Numbered from the stretch's first letter, positions 14,741-27,877 are shown. The stretch is 64,000 nt of DNA from Octopus sinensis (GCF_006345805.1 NC_042998.1:31372001-31436000), one strand, 5' to 3'. Translations and numbers: made by a program. The notes: generated from the letters alone by a model not told the origin.

Positions 14741-15800
14741 ACAAAAATTAATCATTCAAATAAACTAATGAGAGTGGATTAAGAAAAAAAAAAAAAAAAA
14801 ACAGAGGTCAATGTGGCGAATGCCTTTAGCACAAAGATTATTTTAATGATCTGAAATTTTCATTTCAACTTAGAAATACAACATAAGTCTAGCGGCTGTC
14901 ATTAACGACGCTCAAAGAAGAAAGCTAATGTAATAAAAAGAATTAATTGGAAATATTTAATTAATTCACTTAAGGGAAAAACCGATATTTGTTATAGAGG
15001 TTAGTGACAGCAACGGATGTGTTGGTCTTATTGGACCTTGACAGTATGGTATGGCAGGCACGAACATACTTTAATTGTAAACAATATATTTTAAATATAC
15101 AAAAAGGTTTCCGAAGACATTTGTCCAGCAGCAATTTGGTTGGCCTTGGATTAAGTTAAATGAAGTCTGTCTTAAAAGTAGTGACTGACGTGCTTAAACT
15201 GTTGTAAGTGAATAGAAACTTCCTTCTTATTTGGAATAAGAAAACAAAAGTTGTTGTATGTATGAATATATGTTTGTGTGTGTATGGGTGTATGTGTGTG
15301 CAGGCAAGTGGTCAAGTGTTTTGAGTGTTGTACGCACGTCCGCAGGTTTGTGTTTTCGTTTTTCAGATGGGCGAGGCGTTGTGTTCTTGAACAAAACACT
15401 GGAGTTGACGTTGCTCCAGTCTGTTCACCTTTAAATGGCTAAACCTGTGATGAATTGCCAGTGGGGTGACATCATTCGAAAGATACAACGATTGGAGGAA
15501 GCGCATGTATGTATGTATGTATGTATGTATGTATGTGAGAGCAGCACACGCCATCGATGTGACTCTGGGGTACAAAATGCGAAGACCTATATACCCACCA
15601 TGACTACCCGTCTGATAAGGTTACACCAGGCACATGCATCACAACCATATATGTACGGTATGGTGAACATACAGTAAGATAAACAGCGCACGAGCTTGCA
15701 GGTGGGGCCCACGCACGCACACATGTACGCAAACACACACGTATGGATATACACATATGTATGTATACATGCGCATACACATACACACGCACGCACACAC

Positions 15801-15876
<76 letters not shown>

Positions 15877-16041
15877 GAGGTAAAAACAGATCTAGTATGA
15901 TAAATATTATCAAATACATATACCAATGTATGTGCTTTGTGTATTTTCCGGCGGCTGCAATGGCGTGGCGGGATATATAACTCTCGTGTCGCCGGTGTTA
16001 AAACACCTTAGAGTCATGGACACGCGATATATATATATATC

Positions 16042-16099
<58 letters not shown>

Positions 16100-16352
16100 A
16101 CTGTCCTGTTTTTGTTCCCAACTTTGACCCTCCATAAATCCCAAATTTTAGTTTGGTACTTATGGGAGCAACTGTATTCGAAGACTCATATTGTCGTTCA
16201 ATGCTAGAAATGAGGAGTAGATAGACAGCCGACAACTGATGAAGGGTAGTTCTTTATGTTACTTGTCCTGTTTTCCATTTGTTTCTCTCGTTGTTTGCGT
16301 ATTAAACTCATTTGTTTTCGTATTTCATGTTCTTTACCCATATATGCATATG
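16100..16352. repeat. Dispersed repeat related to 60415-60790 (possibly Penelope-like terminal sequence)
   Basis: Shared TTATGTTACTT..TTCCATTTGTTTCT..TCGT..CATATGCATATGTA; no full HHR retained. Confidence 0.5.
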
Positions 16353-16365
16353 TATTAGGTTGTCA

Positions 16366-17386
16366 TAGGGCGGCATCGTCAGCAAAGAGGATCTCTCTTT
16401 GCTGACGATGCCGCCCTAACATCACACAACCAGCCGGGTCTCCAGAGGCTGGTCAGCTCCCTGGCGGATGCCTGCCAAGAGTTCGACCTTACCATCGGCC
16501 TGAAAAAGACAGAGATCATGGGCCAGGACGTCGGAGGGGTCTCCAGCATCAGTGTCGGCGACCACAGCTTGCAGGTGGTGAACGAGTTCACTTACCTGGG
16601 ATCGACGGTCTCCAGCAGCCTGTCCCTCGAGCCGGAGCTGAACAGACGGATTGGAGAGGCTGCTGCTGCCATGGCTAAGCTCTCCAGGAGAGTGTTGGAA
16701 AACAACATGCTCACAATAACCACCAAGATCGCAGTGTACCGAGCCTGCGTGCTGAGCACCCTACTCTACGGCAGCGAGAGCTGGACAACATACACCCGGC
16801 AAGAATGCCGCCTCAGCGGCTTCCACATGCGGTGTCTTCGACGGATCCTTGGCATCTCCTGGAAGGACCGAGTACCAAACGGAGTCATCTTAGAACAGAC
16901 TAATATGCCAAGCATGCATGCCCTCCTCGTGTGGAGACGACTGCGCTGGCTCGGACACGTCTGCCGCATGCAGGACGGTCGCATGCCTAAAGACATCCTG
17001 TACAGCGAACTCACCACGGGATCCCGACCCAAGGGACGTCCACAGCTACGATACAGGGATGTGTGCAAGCGCGACCTGAGGACTGCCAACATCTGTGTGG
17101 ACACGTGGGAAGTAACAGCTGCTGACCGCTCTGCCTGGCGTCGGACAGTGAGGAAAGGCGTTTCCATGGCTGAGGAAAGGAGAGCACAGCTGTGGTCGGA
17201 CAGGCGGGACAGGAGGAGGACAACTGCAGCAACACCCCACACGTACCTATCGATGTTCGTGTGCAGCAACTGTACCAGGGACTGCCACTCTAGAATTGGA
17301 CTGTTCAGTCACAGCAGACGCTGCTCATCAAAGTAGGCCCCACCCTTGGCGCGACCCATTGTCTATCAAGACAGACGGGAAGAGAG
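16366..17386 (+). mobile_element. 5'-truncated RTE-clade LINE with 24-bp 5' inversion and 12-bp TSD
   Basis: TSD ATTAGGTTGTCA at 16354-16365 and 17387-17398; inverted arms 16366-16389 and 16395-16418; RTE-type 3' UTR GGCGCGACCCATTGTC. Confidence 0.95.
16395..17336 (+). CDS. RTE reverse transcriptase C-terminal part (uninterrupted, 5'-truncated ORF)
   Basis: LFADD motif, FTYLGS, LLYGSESWT, LRWLGHVCRM, GRPQLRYRD and C-terminal CSNC...SH..RC zinc motif; no stops. Confidence 0.92.
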   Translation, partial: LFADDAALTSHNQPGLQRLVSSLADACQEFDLTIGLKKTEIMGQDVGGVSSISVGDHSLQVVNEFTYLGSTVSSSLSLEPELNRRIGEAAAAMAKLSRRVLENNMLTITTKIAVYRACVLSTLLYGSESWTTYTRQECRLSGFHMRCLRRILGISWKDRVPNGVILEQTNMPSMHALLVWRRLRWLGHVCRMQDGRMPKDILYSELTTGSRPKGRPQLRYRDVCKRDLRTANICVDTWEVTAADRSAWRRTVRKGVSMAEERRAQLWSDRRDRRRTTAATPHTYLSMFVCSNCTRDCHSRIGLFSHSRRCSSK

Positions 17387-17387
17387 A

Positions 17388-18630
17388 TTAGGTTGTCAAG
17401 AAAGTTCTTGCGGTTTTTAACCTTTAAATTCAGATGCACATATCTCGGCTCAAACAAAACTTTATTAATCGAAATAAACACCATCAGAATCAACACACTT
17501 TTACCAATGCGAAACAAGTTTATTTATGCTAGTAGCATAAAAATCCTGCATTCTGGTGGCGTTGAAGGCATGTTTGGCATCGTCTTAGCTTTTGAAGCAT
17601 TTCTCACGCAAGAAGTTGTCGAGATGCTTGAAAAAGTGGTGGTCGATAGGCGAGAGATCTGGTGAGTATGGTGGATGAGGCAGAGTTTCGTAGCTCAATT
17701 CGTTCAACTTCTGCAGGGTCAGTTGTGCGACGTGCGGCCGAGTGTTGTCGTGGAGAAAAATTGGTCCTTTTTTATTGACCAATGCTGGCTGTTGTTGTCG
17801 AAGTTCTTATGTATTTAATCCATTTGCTGACAGTACTTCTCCGCTGTAATGGTTTCGCCTGAATCCAAAAAGCTGTGATGGATGAGACCGACCGCAGACC
17901 ACGAATCCATGACCTTCTTTTGGTACAACTTTGGCTTCGGGAAGTGTCGTGGAGCTTCGTCGGCGTCCAACCACTGAGCTGAGCGTAAAGAATCTAGTTT
18001 TCATCGCAAGTCACAATCCGGTCGAAAAACGGGTTGTTCTTGTTGCATAATAGAAGGGAAGACGACATTTCAAAACAGCGTTTTTCTTTGGTTGTCGTTC
18101 AATTCGTGCGGCACCCATTTCTCAAGTATTTTTGTTTTTCCAATCTCTTTCAAGTGGTTGGAAATTGTCGTAAACGTTACGTCTAATTCAGAAGCAAGCT
18201 CTCGAACAGTTGTGCGTGGATTGGCTTCGACTAAGGCTCTTGGTTGATTGTTGTCAACATCCGATGGCCGACCACTACGCTTATCATCTTCAAAACTCTC
18301 GTCACCGCTACAAAATTTCTTGAACCACCATTGTGCTTCCTGGGCCAAACGCATCGTTGATATCACGAGCTGTTTCAGCAGCTTTTCGGCCTAGCTTGAA
18401 CTGGAATAAGAAAATCGTGCGAATTTGCTTTTTTTCCATGTTGTATACGTTCCGGAAAAAGAAATGGCCTAATTATTCAAAAAGAAAAAAGAGTAACACG
18501 ATTAGAGAAGAGCGAAAAACGGCCTTTAAAATGATATATAAAGTCAAAGTAATTTAACGAAAATTAATTTGAAAATACATCATTTAAAACCAAAATTTAA
18601 GATTCCGCAAGAACTTTCTTGACAACCTAA
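17388..18630 (-). mobile_element. Full-length mariner (1243 bp) with defective transposase at about 17465-18439
   Basis: Perfect 26-bp TIRs TTAGGTTGTCAAGAAAGTTCTTGCGG; TA ends; WVPHEL, FLHDNTRPH, HPPYSPDLSP (D34D); frameshifts. Confidence 0.96.
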
Positions 18631-19103
18631 TATATATAGTGTCTATGTGTATATGGTACGTGTATTTATGCTGTATCAGTGATAGGCACTAATTCAGTCC
18701 TTCGTAGCGCAGTTAGAAAATGCGTTCGTGAATATAAACAGCAAAAAATATATTTGTTGCTAAGTTCTAAAACTTTTCACGTAATCTCTTATCGCGTTCA
18801 AGTGCACAAAACCGTTTAAAATATAAACGTACATTATTTTAATTGTGGCTGCATAGTATGATTAAGCTAAATCAAATTCAACGTGATGAAGTCTTAGCGC
18901 ACACCAGCAAATGTAGTTTTTGCTTTTCGCATACACCAACGGAACGACTGGAGCAGTGTCTGTCTCTAATAAAACACTGTCACACAGAAAGACGTATCTG
19001 GTTTTTGAATGACATCGTTCAGCGCCCATCCCTATGTCTCTTTACGTGCATAGTATATAAGGAGAACGCATTCTTCGAGTGTGTCGACCATCTTACGATA
19101 TTC

Positions 19104-19267
19104 GGTGGCGATCCCTGCTGTACTCTTTCACCCACTCTTTCTTCTGTTGGCCTGCTCGCTTAGCCAGCGGGGTGGCGTCATTCGAAGGCTAAAACAATGC
19201 GAACGCATTGTGACCAGCGATGTGTAACTACATCTGATAGACTGGTCGGTCACGTGACCACGTGATA
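19104..19267 (+). mobile_element. SINE family D fragment (shares body with family C, different tail)
   Basis: CCCTGCTGTACTCTTTCACC ... CGCATTGTGACCAGCGATG; related minus copies at 26101-26218 and 63668-63736. Confidence 0.75.
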
Positions 19268-19539
19268 TATATATATTTATATATATATATATATATATAA
19301 TTGTGTGTATGTGTGTGTTTATATATACACAGATACACACGAACTCATATATGATATTATACATGTATGTGCAAATGTGTTTATCCGTGTGTGTATGCAG
19401 TAATGCATCCAAGTCGACAAGATCACTGGCCTGGGCTCAAGTGTTTTGTATCTCTTTTTATCTACTTAAATATTGTCCAAAGGAAAAGTATGAAAAGGAA
19501 ACATGCGACTTTTACTTAACAGCAGGAAATTGTAATATT

Positions 19540-19930
19540 CCTGCGCGTTTGAAATTAGGCGAAAACCAGAATGCTATTGTGTGAATATATCTAAGGAAAG
19601 TTCTTCAACAATTTATTGACATTAACTTACAAAAGGATAAGTTGATGAAATTTATGGCTAATTCAGATAAAAGAAAAGGTTGATGTGCGGCAAACATTAA
19701 AAAGATTCTCAGAATTAGATGTAGACTTATTTAAGTGGTTCAGAGCAAAGAGATCCGAGAGTATGCCAATTTCAGGTTCAATGATCATTGTAAACGGCAA
19801 GCAATTACACGAAGATCTGGGTATCACGGAAGCTTGTGCGTGCGTTGTTGAGTGGTTTAGAAACAGAATACAATTCGTATTCGTAAAGTTAATTTGTCTG
19901 GCGAAAAGAATTCGCTAGACACTGAGATTA
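19540..19930 (+). mobile_element. Pogo/Tigger transposase remnant (CENP-B-type HTH)
   Basis: ELDVDLFKWFRAKRSESMPISGSMI...LHEDLGI, then SGEK in another frame. Confidence 0.75.
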
Positions 19931-20104
19931 TTGGAAAGTACTGTTACATTTGTTGCATCATTGAACGATCTATCTAAAACATGATTTTGCTTATATAACG
20001 CTGTGTTCCAATACTCCAGCATATTTGGTAATTGCACACTATTCAGGTCCCAAGGGTGCTAAAATAATGGAACTATACGTACATACCCCAGCACATCGCA
20101 AAAC

Positions 20105-20343
20105 ATATTTATTTCTTTACTACCCACAAGGGGCTAAACACAGACAGGACAAACAAGGACAGACAAAGGGATTCAGTTGATTACATCGACCTCACTGCGT
20201 AACTGGTACTTAATTTATCGACTCCGAAAGGATGAAAGGCAAAGTCGACCTCGGCGGAATTTGAACTCAGAACCTAACCGCAGACGAAATACCATTAAAC
20301 ATTTCGCCCGGCGAGCTAACGTTTCTGCCAGCTCGCCGCCTTT
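20105..20343 (-). mobile_element. SINE family A
   Basis: Complete head and body on the minus strand. Confidence 0.9.
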
Positions 20344-20540
20344 ATCGCTTCTTTATCAACCACGGACCCTAATGTAATCGACCCTACACATCGGCCTCTG
20401 CTACACACCACCCACGCATCATAATCTCTCGGTCCTTGTTTGTAATACTTTTCTGCTGTTCTGGTTTGTCTCTGTATTGAAACTTCACTCCGAAATGTTG
20501 TAGACGAGTATATGTAGTTTCTATTCTCCTTGTCACTCAC

Positions 20541-20559
20541 CTTTCTTGATTGGGCATCA
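20541..20559 (-). other. Candidate 19-nt microexon
   Basis: Minus: CTAAT-atatttttag|TGATGCCCAATCAAGAAAG|gtgagt (branch point, acceptor and consensus donor). Confidence 0.4.
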
Positions 20560-20807
20560 CTAAAAATATATTAGAAGGTAACTGTGGGTGTATACGCTGC
20601 CTTACGAGTGAAGCCGAAGAGGATTAGACACGTGGGATGCTCTGACCCTAACCTAACCAATAACGTCTCATCCATGATGAGGCGAGAAACCTAATTGTTT
20701 ATGCTTTAGTTCTAAGTTTCAATTTATATTTTCTTTAGAATACGTTTCTTTTATTTTTGCTTAATTGTTTGTTTTACGGTTGTTCCAGCTCGCTGCCTTT
20801 AATAAAG

Positions 20808-20840
<33 letters not shown>

Positions 20841-20844
20841 TAAA

Positions 20845-21066
20845 AGGCGACGTATGGTGGTGAGCTGGCGAAATCGTCAGCACACCGGACAAAATGCACA
20901 GCGGTATTTTGTCCGTCTTTACCTCCCGAGTTCAAATTCCACCAGGGTTGACTTTGTCTTTCATCTCTTCGTGGTCTATAAAATAAGTGCCAGTGGAGGA
21001 TTGGGGTCGGTGTAATCGACTTAGCCCCTCCTCCCAAATTGCTGGCCTTGTGCCAAAATTTGAAAT
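20845..21066 (+). mobile_element. SINE family A (older subfamily tail)
   Basis: Head, body and AAATTGCTGGCCTTGTGCCAAAATTTGAAA tail. Confidence 0.85.
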
Positions 21067-21689
21067 CATTACTATTATTATTACTACTACGAGTTGTAGT
21101 ACTGGTGGCAGTGGTGATGGTAGGTAGTAGTAGTAGTATTTGATCACGCACCTTTGCCTTCTGAATTCATATCTCGCTGAGAGCAACTTTGAATTTCAGA
21201 GTATTAAGATCGATAAATAAATGCCATCCATGCATGAGATGGATTAAATTGTCTATAACCCTTCCTTGAAAGTGGTAGCCTTGTGCCTACGCCAGAAAAC
21301 ATTGTTGTTATACTTTCGCTGTGAAATTAGTAATTTATTGAATTAGCATGTTAGCCGTATAAGGTTTTGAAACTGTTTAATAAACGTGACATTGCACAAA
21401 AGTTAATCAATAAAACTTAATTTGGAACAGCTCTAATTATTAGCAACTAATTAATACACATGCATAGTTAATTAACAAGTAAATTTGTGCTCTGTTCTAC
21501 TTGCATGATGCTGTATCATTAATGCCTGTGAAAGTTTAATAACATTCGCTATAGAGTAGAGGGATTCTGTATTTGTTTTGCAAAACACCATGGAATGAAA
21601 ACAATTTTGTTACACACTCAGATACATACAAAAGCACGTACAAAGGATTCTTTGTATAACTGGTTGCCTTACACTTGGTTACTTTCCGT

Positions 21690-24600
21690 TGAATTTGTCA
21701 GTTCTTTTTGAATCACACAGTTTGACATGTGAATGTACGAGTTACGAGGAAAGGAGAGCAATGCAATTAATATCGCTAATATAACTGAAGACTGTAAATA
21801 TTCAAGCGATTTTTCTGTAGTTTATGAATATTCATCTTGGATATTCACTAAATTTAAACAGAGACAACAACGGAGTGCTTCTAAGTGTTTGCTCGACCAC
21901 CTAGAAATAGAAGCCAGTTCTTCCTAAAATTACGCTCTATTGCCATAGAAATAAGAAGGTTACATTAAAGCAATGCAGTACTTGATACGAAAAGAAAAAT
22001 AACAAAACAAAAAACACGAAGAAGGAAGGGGTCAAAATTGGAACCACCAGTCCACTCGACTGGTGCTTTGCAACAAAAATAACTAATTCTGAAATCATGG
22101 ACATCAACTTCTGTTATTAAAAATCGAATCTCGAACATATACTTTTAACATACACACAGAGAGAGACACATTCAGAGACACATACACACACAGAGAGACA
22201 CATTCAGAGACACATACACACACAGAGAGACACATTCAGAGACACATACACACACATGCACTACTACATTCACACACTCACTCACACACACATAAAAACA
22301 CTTGAAAACAGTGTTCCAATATTTCTTGGTAGTGGTTCCGAAAATAAATTAAGGAATTAAAGAACACATACCTATATAACTCCTAATGCACACACAAACT
22401 CATCAATTCCACATGCATATTGAGGTATTATATTCCACTCATAAAAATCTTACTGAGCGAAATTTTTTCACGTAGTTTGCAGCTGCGTTAAAGTTGCTGA
22501 CGACATGAGTCCGTGTCCAGGTTTCAATTCTCGCAGGTTTTCTGCTGAAAATCGTAGATGTGCGTTTGTTTTAACGACAGAAAGCTTTTTTTGTCATGTA
22601 AAACTAAACCGGCAAATGGTAGAATCGTTAGTGCGTTCAGACAAAGTGCATCCTGCTCTCTACGTCCGAAGTTCAAATCCCTCTCAGGATATATATATAT
22701 ATATATATAAATATATATCTAAACAAGGTACTTTATATAGCAAAGTAGCTTTATATATAATATCAAGTCATCTCATAAGTTCTGTCCAATTTTACCTTTT
22801 TTAAAATTGAATGAAATTTTATAGTATTTTAGAATGTCTAATGGAATAAAAAATTAATTTTATGCATTTGTGTACATTTAAACCAATTAAAAATTATTTT
22901 ACAGAATAACAGAATTAAAATTTCTTTGATTAAAACCCTTTCTAACATGGAAGTATCCAAAGAGGATTTGAGGCACATAATGCTTTATGAGTAAAAAAAA
23001 AGAAACTCTGCAGCCGAAGCGACTAGAAACATACACTCAGATTATGGGATAGAATGCTTGAATGAAAGAACAAGTGGAGATTTCAGTCTTGAAGATGAAG
23101 ATCGAACAGACGTCCATTTGAGTTTGATGATAAGCTCCTTGAGGCATTACTTGGAGAAAATCCTGCATTATCAGTTGTAAAATTGGCAATAAAGCTTAGT
23201 TCAAACCATACAACTGTTCATCTTCATCTTCAACAACTTGGAAAGGTTCCTAAACTTGGAAAATGGGTGCCTCATGAATTGTCCAAAAGCAACCGCTAAT
23301 CTCGAGTTGACATATGCTCTTCTCTCCATTTGCGCGAACTCATTTCACCCTTTTTGGATAGACTTGTGACTGGTGACGAAAAATGTATCTTCTATCGAAA
23401 TGTTAAACGTCGTAAAAGGGAAAAAGCTCAACCACAACCGAAACGGGAACTTCATGGAAAAAGGTTCTTCTCTCTATCTGGTGGGATTGCAAAGGAGTAA
23501 TTCACTTGGAATTGTTACCACCTAATGCAACAATCAATGCTCAAGTCTACTGTCAGCAATTAAAGCGTTTGAACCAAGCTTTGAAGAAAAAAACCCGCTT
23601 TAGTGAATCGAAAATGAGTGATGTTTCATCAGGACAATGCGCGAACCCACACTGCAAAGATCAATCACAGAAGATCGAAGAGCTNNNNNNNNNNNNNNNN
23701 NNNNNNNNNNNNNNNNNNNNNNNNNNNNNNNNNNNNNNNNNNNNNNNNNNNNNNNNNNNNNNNNNNNNNNNNNNNNNNNNNNNNTGAATTTGTCAGTTCT
23801 TTTTGAATCACACAGTTTGACATGTGAATGTACGAGTTACGAGGAAGGAGAGCAATGCATTAATATCGCTAATATAACTGAAGAACTGTAAATTTCAAGC
23901 GATTTTTCTGTAGTTTATGAATATTCATCTTGGATATTCACTAAATTTAACAGAGACAACAACGAGTGCTTCTAAGTGTTTGCTCGACCACCTAGAAATA
24001 GAAGCCAGTTCTTCCTAAAATTACGCTCTATTGCCATAGAAATAAGAAGGTTACATTAAAGCAATGCAGTACTTGATACGAAAAGAAAAATAACAAAACA
24101 AAAAACACGAAGAAGGAAGGGGTCAAAATTGGAACCACCAGTCCACTCGACTGGTGCTTTGCAACGAAAAATAACTAATTCTGAAATCATGGACATCAAC
24201 TTCTGTTATTAAAAATCGAATCTCGAACATATACTTTTAACATACACACAGAGAGAGACACATTCAGAGACACATACACACACAGAGAGACACATTCAGA
24301 GACACATACACACACAGAGAGACACATTCAGAGACACATACACACACGCGCTACTACATTCACACACTCACTCACACACACATAAAAACACTTGAAAACA
24401 GTGTTCCAATATTTCTTGGTAGTGGTTCCGAAAATAAATTAAGGAATTAAAGAACACATACCTATATAACTCCTAATGCACACACAAACTCATCAATTCC
24501 ACATGCATATTGAGGTATTATATTCCACTCATAAAAATCTTACTGAGCGAAATTTTTTCACGTAGTTTGCAGCTGCGTTAAAGTTGCTGACGACATGAGT

Positions 24601-25775
24601 CCGTGTCCAGGTTTCAATTCTCGCAGGTTTTCTGCTGAAAATCGTAGATGTGCGTTTGTTTTAACGACAGAAAGCTTTTTTTGTCATGTAAAACTAAACC
24701 GGCAAATGGTAGAATCGTTAGTGCGTTCAGACAAAGTGCATCCTGCTCTCTACGTCCGAAGTTCAAATCCCTCTCAGGATATATATATATATATATATAA
24801 ATATATATCTAAACAAGGTATCTTTATATAGCAAAGTAGCTTTATATATATATCAAGTCATCTCATAAGTTCTGTCCAATTTTACCTTTTTTAAAATTGA
24901 ATGAAATTTTATAGTATTTTAGAATGTCTAATGGAATAAAAAATTAATTTTATGCATTTGTGTACATTTAAACCAATTAAAAATTATTTTACAGAATAAC
25001 AGAATTAAAATTTCTTTGATTAAAACCCTTTCTAACATGGAAGTATCCAAAGAGGATTTGAGGCACATAATGCTTTATGAGTAAAAAAAAAGAAACTCTG
25101 CAGCCGAAGCGACTAGAAACATACACTCAGATTATGGGATAGAATGCTTGAATGAAAGAACAAGTGGAGATTTCAGTCTTGAAGATGAAGATCGAACAGA
25201 CGTCCATTTGAGTTTGATGATAAGCTCCTTGAGGCATTACTTGGAGAAAATCCTGCATTATCAGTTGTAAAATTGGCAATAAAGCTTAGTTCAAACCATA
25301 CAACTGTTCATCTTCATCTTCAACAACTTGGAAAGGTTCCTAAACTTGGAAAATGGGTGCCTCATGAATTGTCCAAAAGCAACCGCTAATCTCGAGTTGA
25401 CATATGCTCTTCTCTCCATTTGCGCGAACTCATTTCACCCTTTTTGGATAGACTTGTGACTGGTGACGAAAAATGTATCTTCTATCGAAATGTTAAACGT
25501 CGTAAAAGGGAAAAAGCTCAACCACAACCGAAACGGGAACTTCATGGAAAAAGGTTCTTCTCTCTATCTGGTGGGATTGCAAAGGAGTAATTCACTTGGA
25601 ATTGTTACCACCTAATGCAACAATCAATGCTCAAGTCTACTGTCAGCAATTAAAGCGTTTGAACCAAGCTTTGAAGAAAAAAACCCGCTTTAGTGAATCG
25701 AAAATGAGTGATGTTTCATCAGGACAATGCGCGAACCCACACTGCAAAGATCACATCACAGAAGATCGAAGAGCT
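21690..25775. repeat. Near-identical 2-kb direct duplication (21690-23683 and 23784-25775) around a 100-N gap; probable assembly overlap
   Basis: Copy 1 ends exactly at the gap and copy 2 starts exactly after it; differences are mostly 1-bp indels near contig ends. Confidence 0.9.
22761..23683 (+). mobile_element. Gap-truncated duplicate of the mariner at 24851-26080
   Basis: Essentially identical sequence. Confidence 0.9.
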
Positions 25776-26080
25776 AGGTTGGGAAAATTCCTCATCTACC
25801 TTATTCTCCCGACCTTGCTCCTTCAGACTACAATTTGTTTCGTAGTTTACAGAATCATTTGAGGGACATAACTTTCGCAAGCTAGGACATTTCAGAGTTC
25901 TTCGCTTTGAAACCAAAAGAGTTTTACACTGATGAGATTAAAAACACTTGTAAATAAATGGAAGGAAGTCATAGATAATCAGAGGAAGTACATTGATGAT
26001 TAAATTTCAATTAAATATAACATTCTATCACTTGTTTTCTTTATTCAAAATTCGGACAGAACTTATGGGATGACCTGATA
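24851..26080 (+). mobile_element. Full-length mariner (1230 bp) with defective transposase at about 25037-26003
   Basis: 27-bp TIRs with 2 mismatches (TATCAAGTCATCTCATAAGTTCTGTCC); WVPHEL, VTGDEK, HQDNA; stops and frameshifts. Confidence 0.93.
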
Positions 26081-26100
26081 TATATATATATATATATATA

Positions 26101-26218
26101 TCACTGTGATCAACCGTGACCGACCATGCTATCAGATGTGCTACATATCGCTGGTCACAATGCGCTTCGCATTGTTTAAGCTTTCAAATGACGCCACCCC
26201 TTGGCTAGCGAGCAGGCC
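26101..26218 (-). mobile_element. SINE family D 3' fragment
   Basis: Reverse complement of the 19104-19267 tail. Confidence 0.75.
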
Positions 26219-26238
26219 ATATATATATATATATATAA

Positions 26239-26296
<58 letters not shown>

Positions 26297-26310
26297 GAAA
26301 TTTACAAAAA

Positions 26311-26630
26311 GAAGACGAAGACAGGTGTATTAGTTTAATGCTCAGGAAGGTGAGAAAGTCTTTTACGTTTCGACCTACGGTATATATTGCAAGCAGACGT
26401 CTTCTGGCAGACGACGGGATAACCAGACCGAACGGTTTCAGGCTATTTGTTACCATCATCAGCGGTGAACACCCGTTCGCTAGAAATAGCAGGAATTCGC
26501 TCCAGCTTGCAATATATAGAAAACCAAGCGACAATCAGTCTCTGATCTTCCAACAAGCAAAGTAGCAAGTTAGAAAATTTATTATTCTTAATCAACAATA
26601 TTATTGAAGGAACGAAGTAACTTTGAAGTT

Positions 26631-26662
<32 letters not shown>

Positions 26663-26830
26663 GTCCACCATGATTGACTGCTAGCTCCAAAAGTTTTTTT
26701 TTATTCTCTCTCTCTCTCTCTCTCTCTCTGTTTATTTACTCGTGTTCCTTTCTGTTGAAGACGTAGGTCGAAACGTAAAAGACTTTCTCACCTTCCTGAG
26801 CATTAAACTAATGCACCTGTCTTTGTCTTT
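26311..26830. repeat. About 69-bp inverted repeat pair (26311-26379 and 26762-26830), Penelope-like terminus appearance
   Basis: CGTAGGTCGAAACGTAAAAGACTTTCTCACCTTCCTGAGCATTAAACTAAT on opposite strands, 3 mismatches. Confidence 0.85.
26415..26475 (-). ncRNA. Type I hammerhead ribozyme motif (family ii), imperfect stem II
   Basis: Minus: CGGG..ACCG-CUGAUGA-UGGUAACAAAUAGCCU-GAAA-CC-GUUC-GGUC/UGGU..CCCG; GUC triplet; stems I and III pair. Confidence 0.6.
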
Positions 26831-26831
26831 C

Positions 26832-26916
26832 ATTTGAACTCAGAACGTAACGGCAGACGAAATACGGCTACGGATTTCGCCCGGCGTGCTAACGTTTCTG
26901 CCAGCTCGCCGCCTTC
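26832..26916 (-). mobile_element. SINE family A tRNA head only
   Basis: Reverse complement of the family A head. Confidence 0.85.
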
Positions 26917-27470
26917 TCATTTTATACATATCTGATACAAACACTTTATGCAGTTGTGCTCATGGAAATTGTGTTTATATACTTTATTCGAATTGATTTC
27001 AAACCAAATTCAATTCTCATAAAATATCCCTTCAAAAAATCTCCTTCAGGCAAAGAACAACAGCAAAATATCTTTCTATTCACTAATAATTAATTCATAC
27101 CTATTTCTACCTTTTTAGGTTTGCCTGAGGGTCTCTATTAAAATATTTTTTTCTATATTTTTTTCATAAGAATTCTCCATAGAATTCATACCTCTAGAAA
27201 ATTATCGAAATTTATAAAAATTTTCAGATTTATCTTTTACTCATTGTTATACGAGCTCATGTGGAATTGGTTCTTTCTGGCAAGTTGTTGTTTTTCAGCA
27301 TAACTTGAACAGGCAGAAACACTGTATAAATATAAGTGCTTCAGATATCATTTCATCAATCGCCTGAAGATCAGAAGATCAGAATCTAGAAACGCTGTGA
27401 AGAAACTCGCACAGACTCACTTTGAACAAGTATGTTATATATATATATACATATATATTATTATATATAG

Positions 27471-27501
<31 letters not shown>

Positions 27502-27841
27502 TATATATAGATATATATTATTAATATATATATATATTGCGTGTATAATATACATATATGTATGCTACATACTATATATAATACTATATATATATAATAT
27601 ATATATAATATAATATATATATATATATATATATATCGATATATATATATAATATATATATATGTTGTATATATATATGTATGCATACACATGTATATTA
27701 TACACGCACGCGTGTGTATGTGTGGCTATAACAATCATACACACACCACACTGAATACACATTTCTTCAGGATATAAATTCGAAATCAAGTTAAGTCTCT
27801 GTATTCAGTATTACAACAGTTGTACTGATTATATTGAGAGG

Positions 27842-27877
<36 letters not shown>

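Noticed and set aside
26479-26492. GCTAGAAATAGCA matches the Cas9 sgRNA scaffold tetraloop
   Set aside because: Only 13 nt match and the rest of the scaffold is absent; variants recur in native repeats. No CRISPR array or cas gene is present
26745-26800. HHR-like TTGAAGA...GTCGAAACGTA in the 69-bp inverted repeat
   Set aside because: The core is non-canonical and stem I does not pair adjacent to the core; at best a decayed relic
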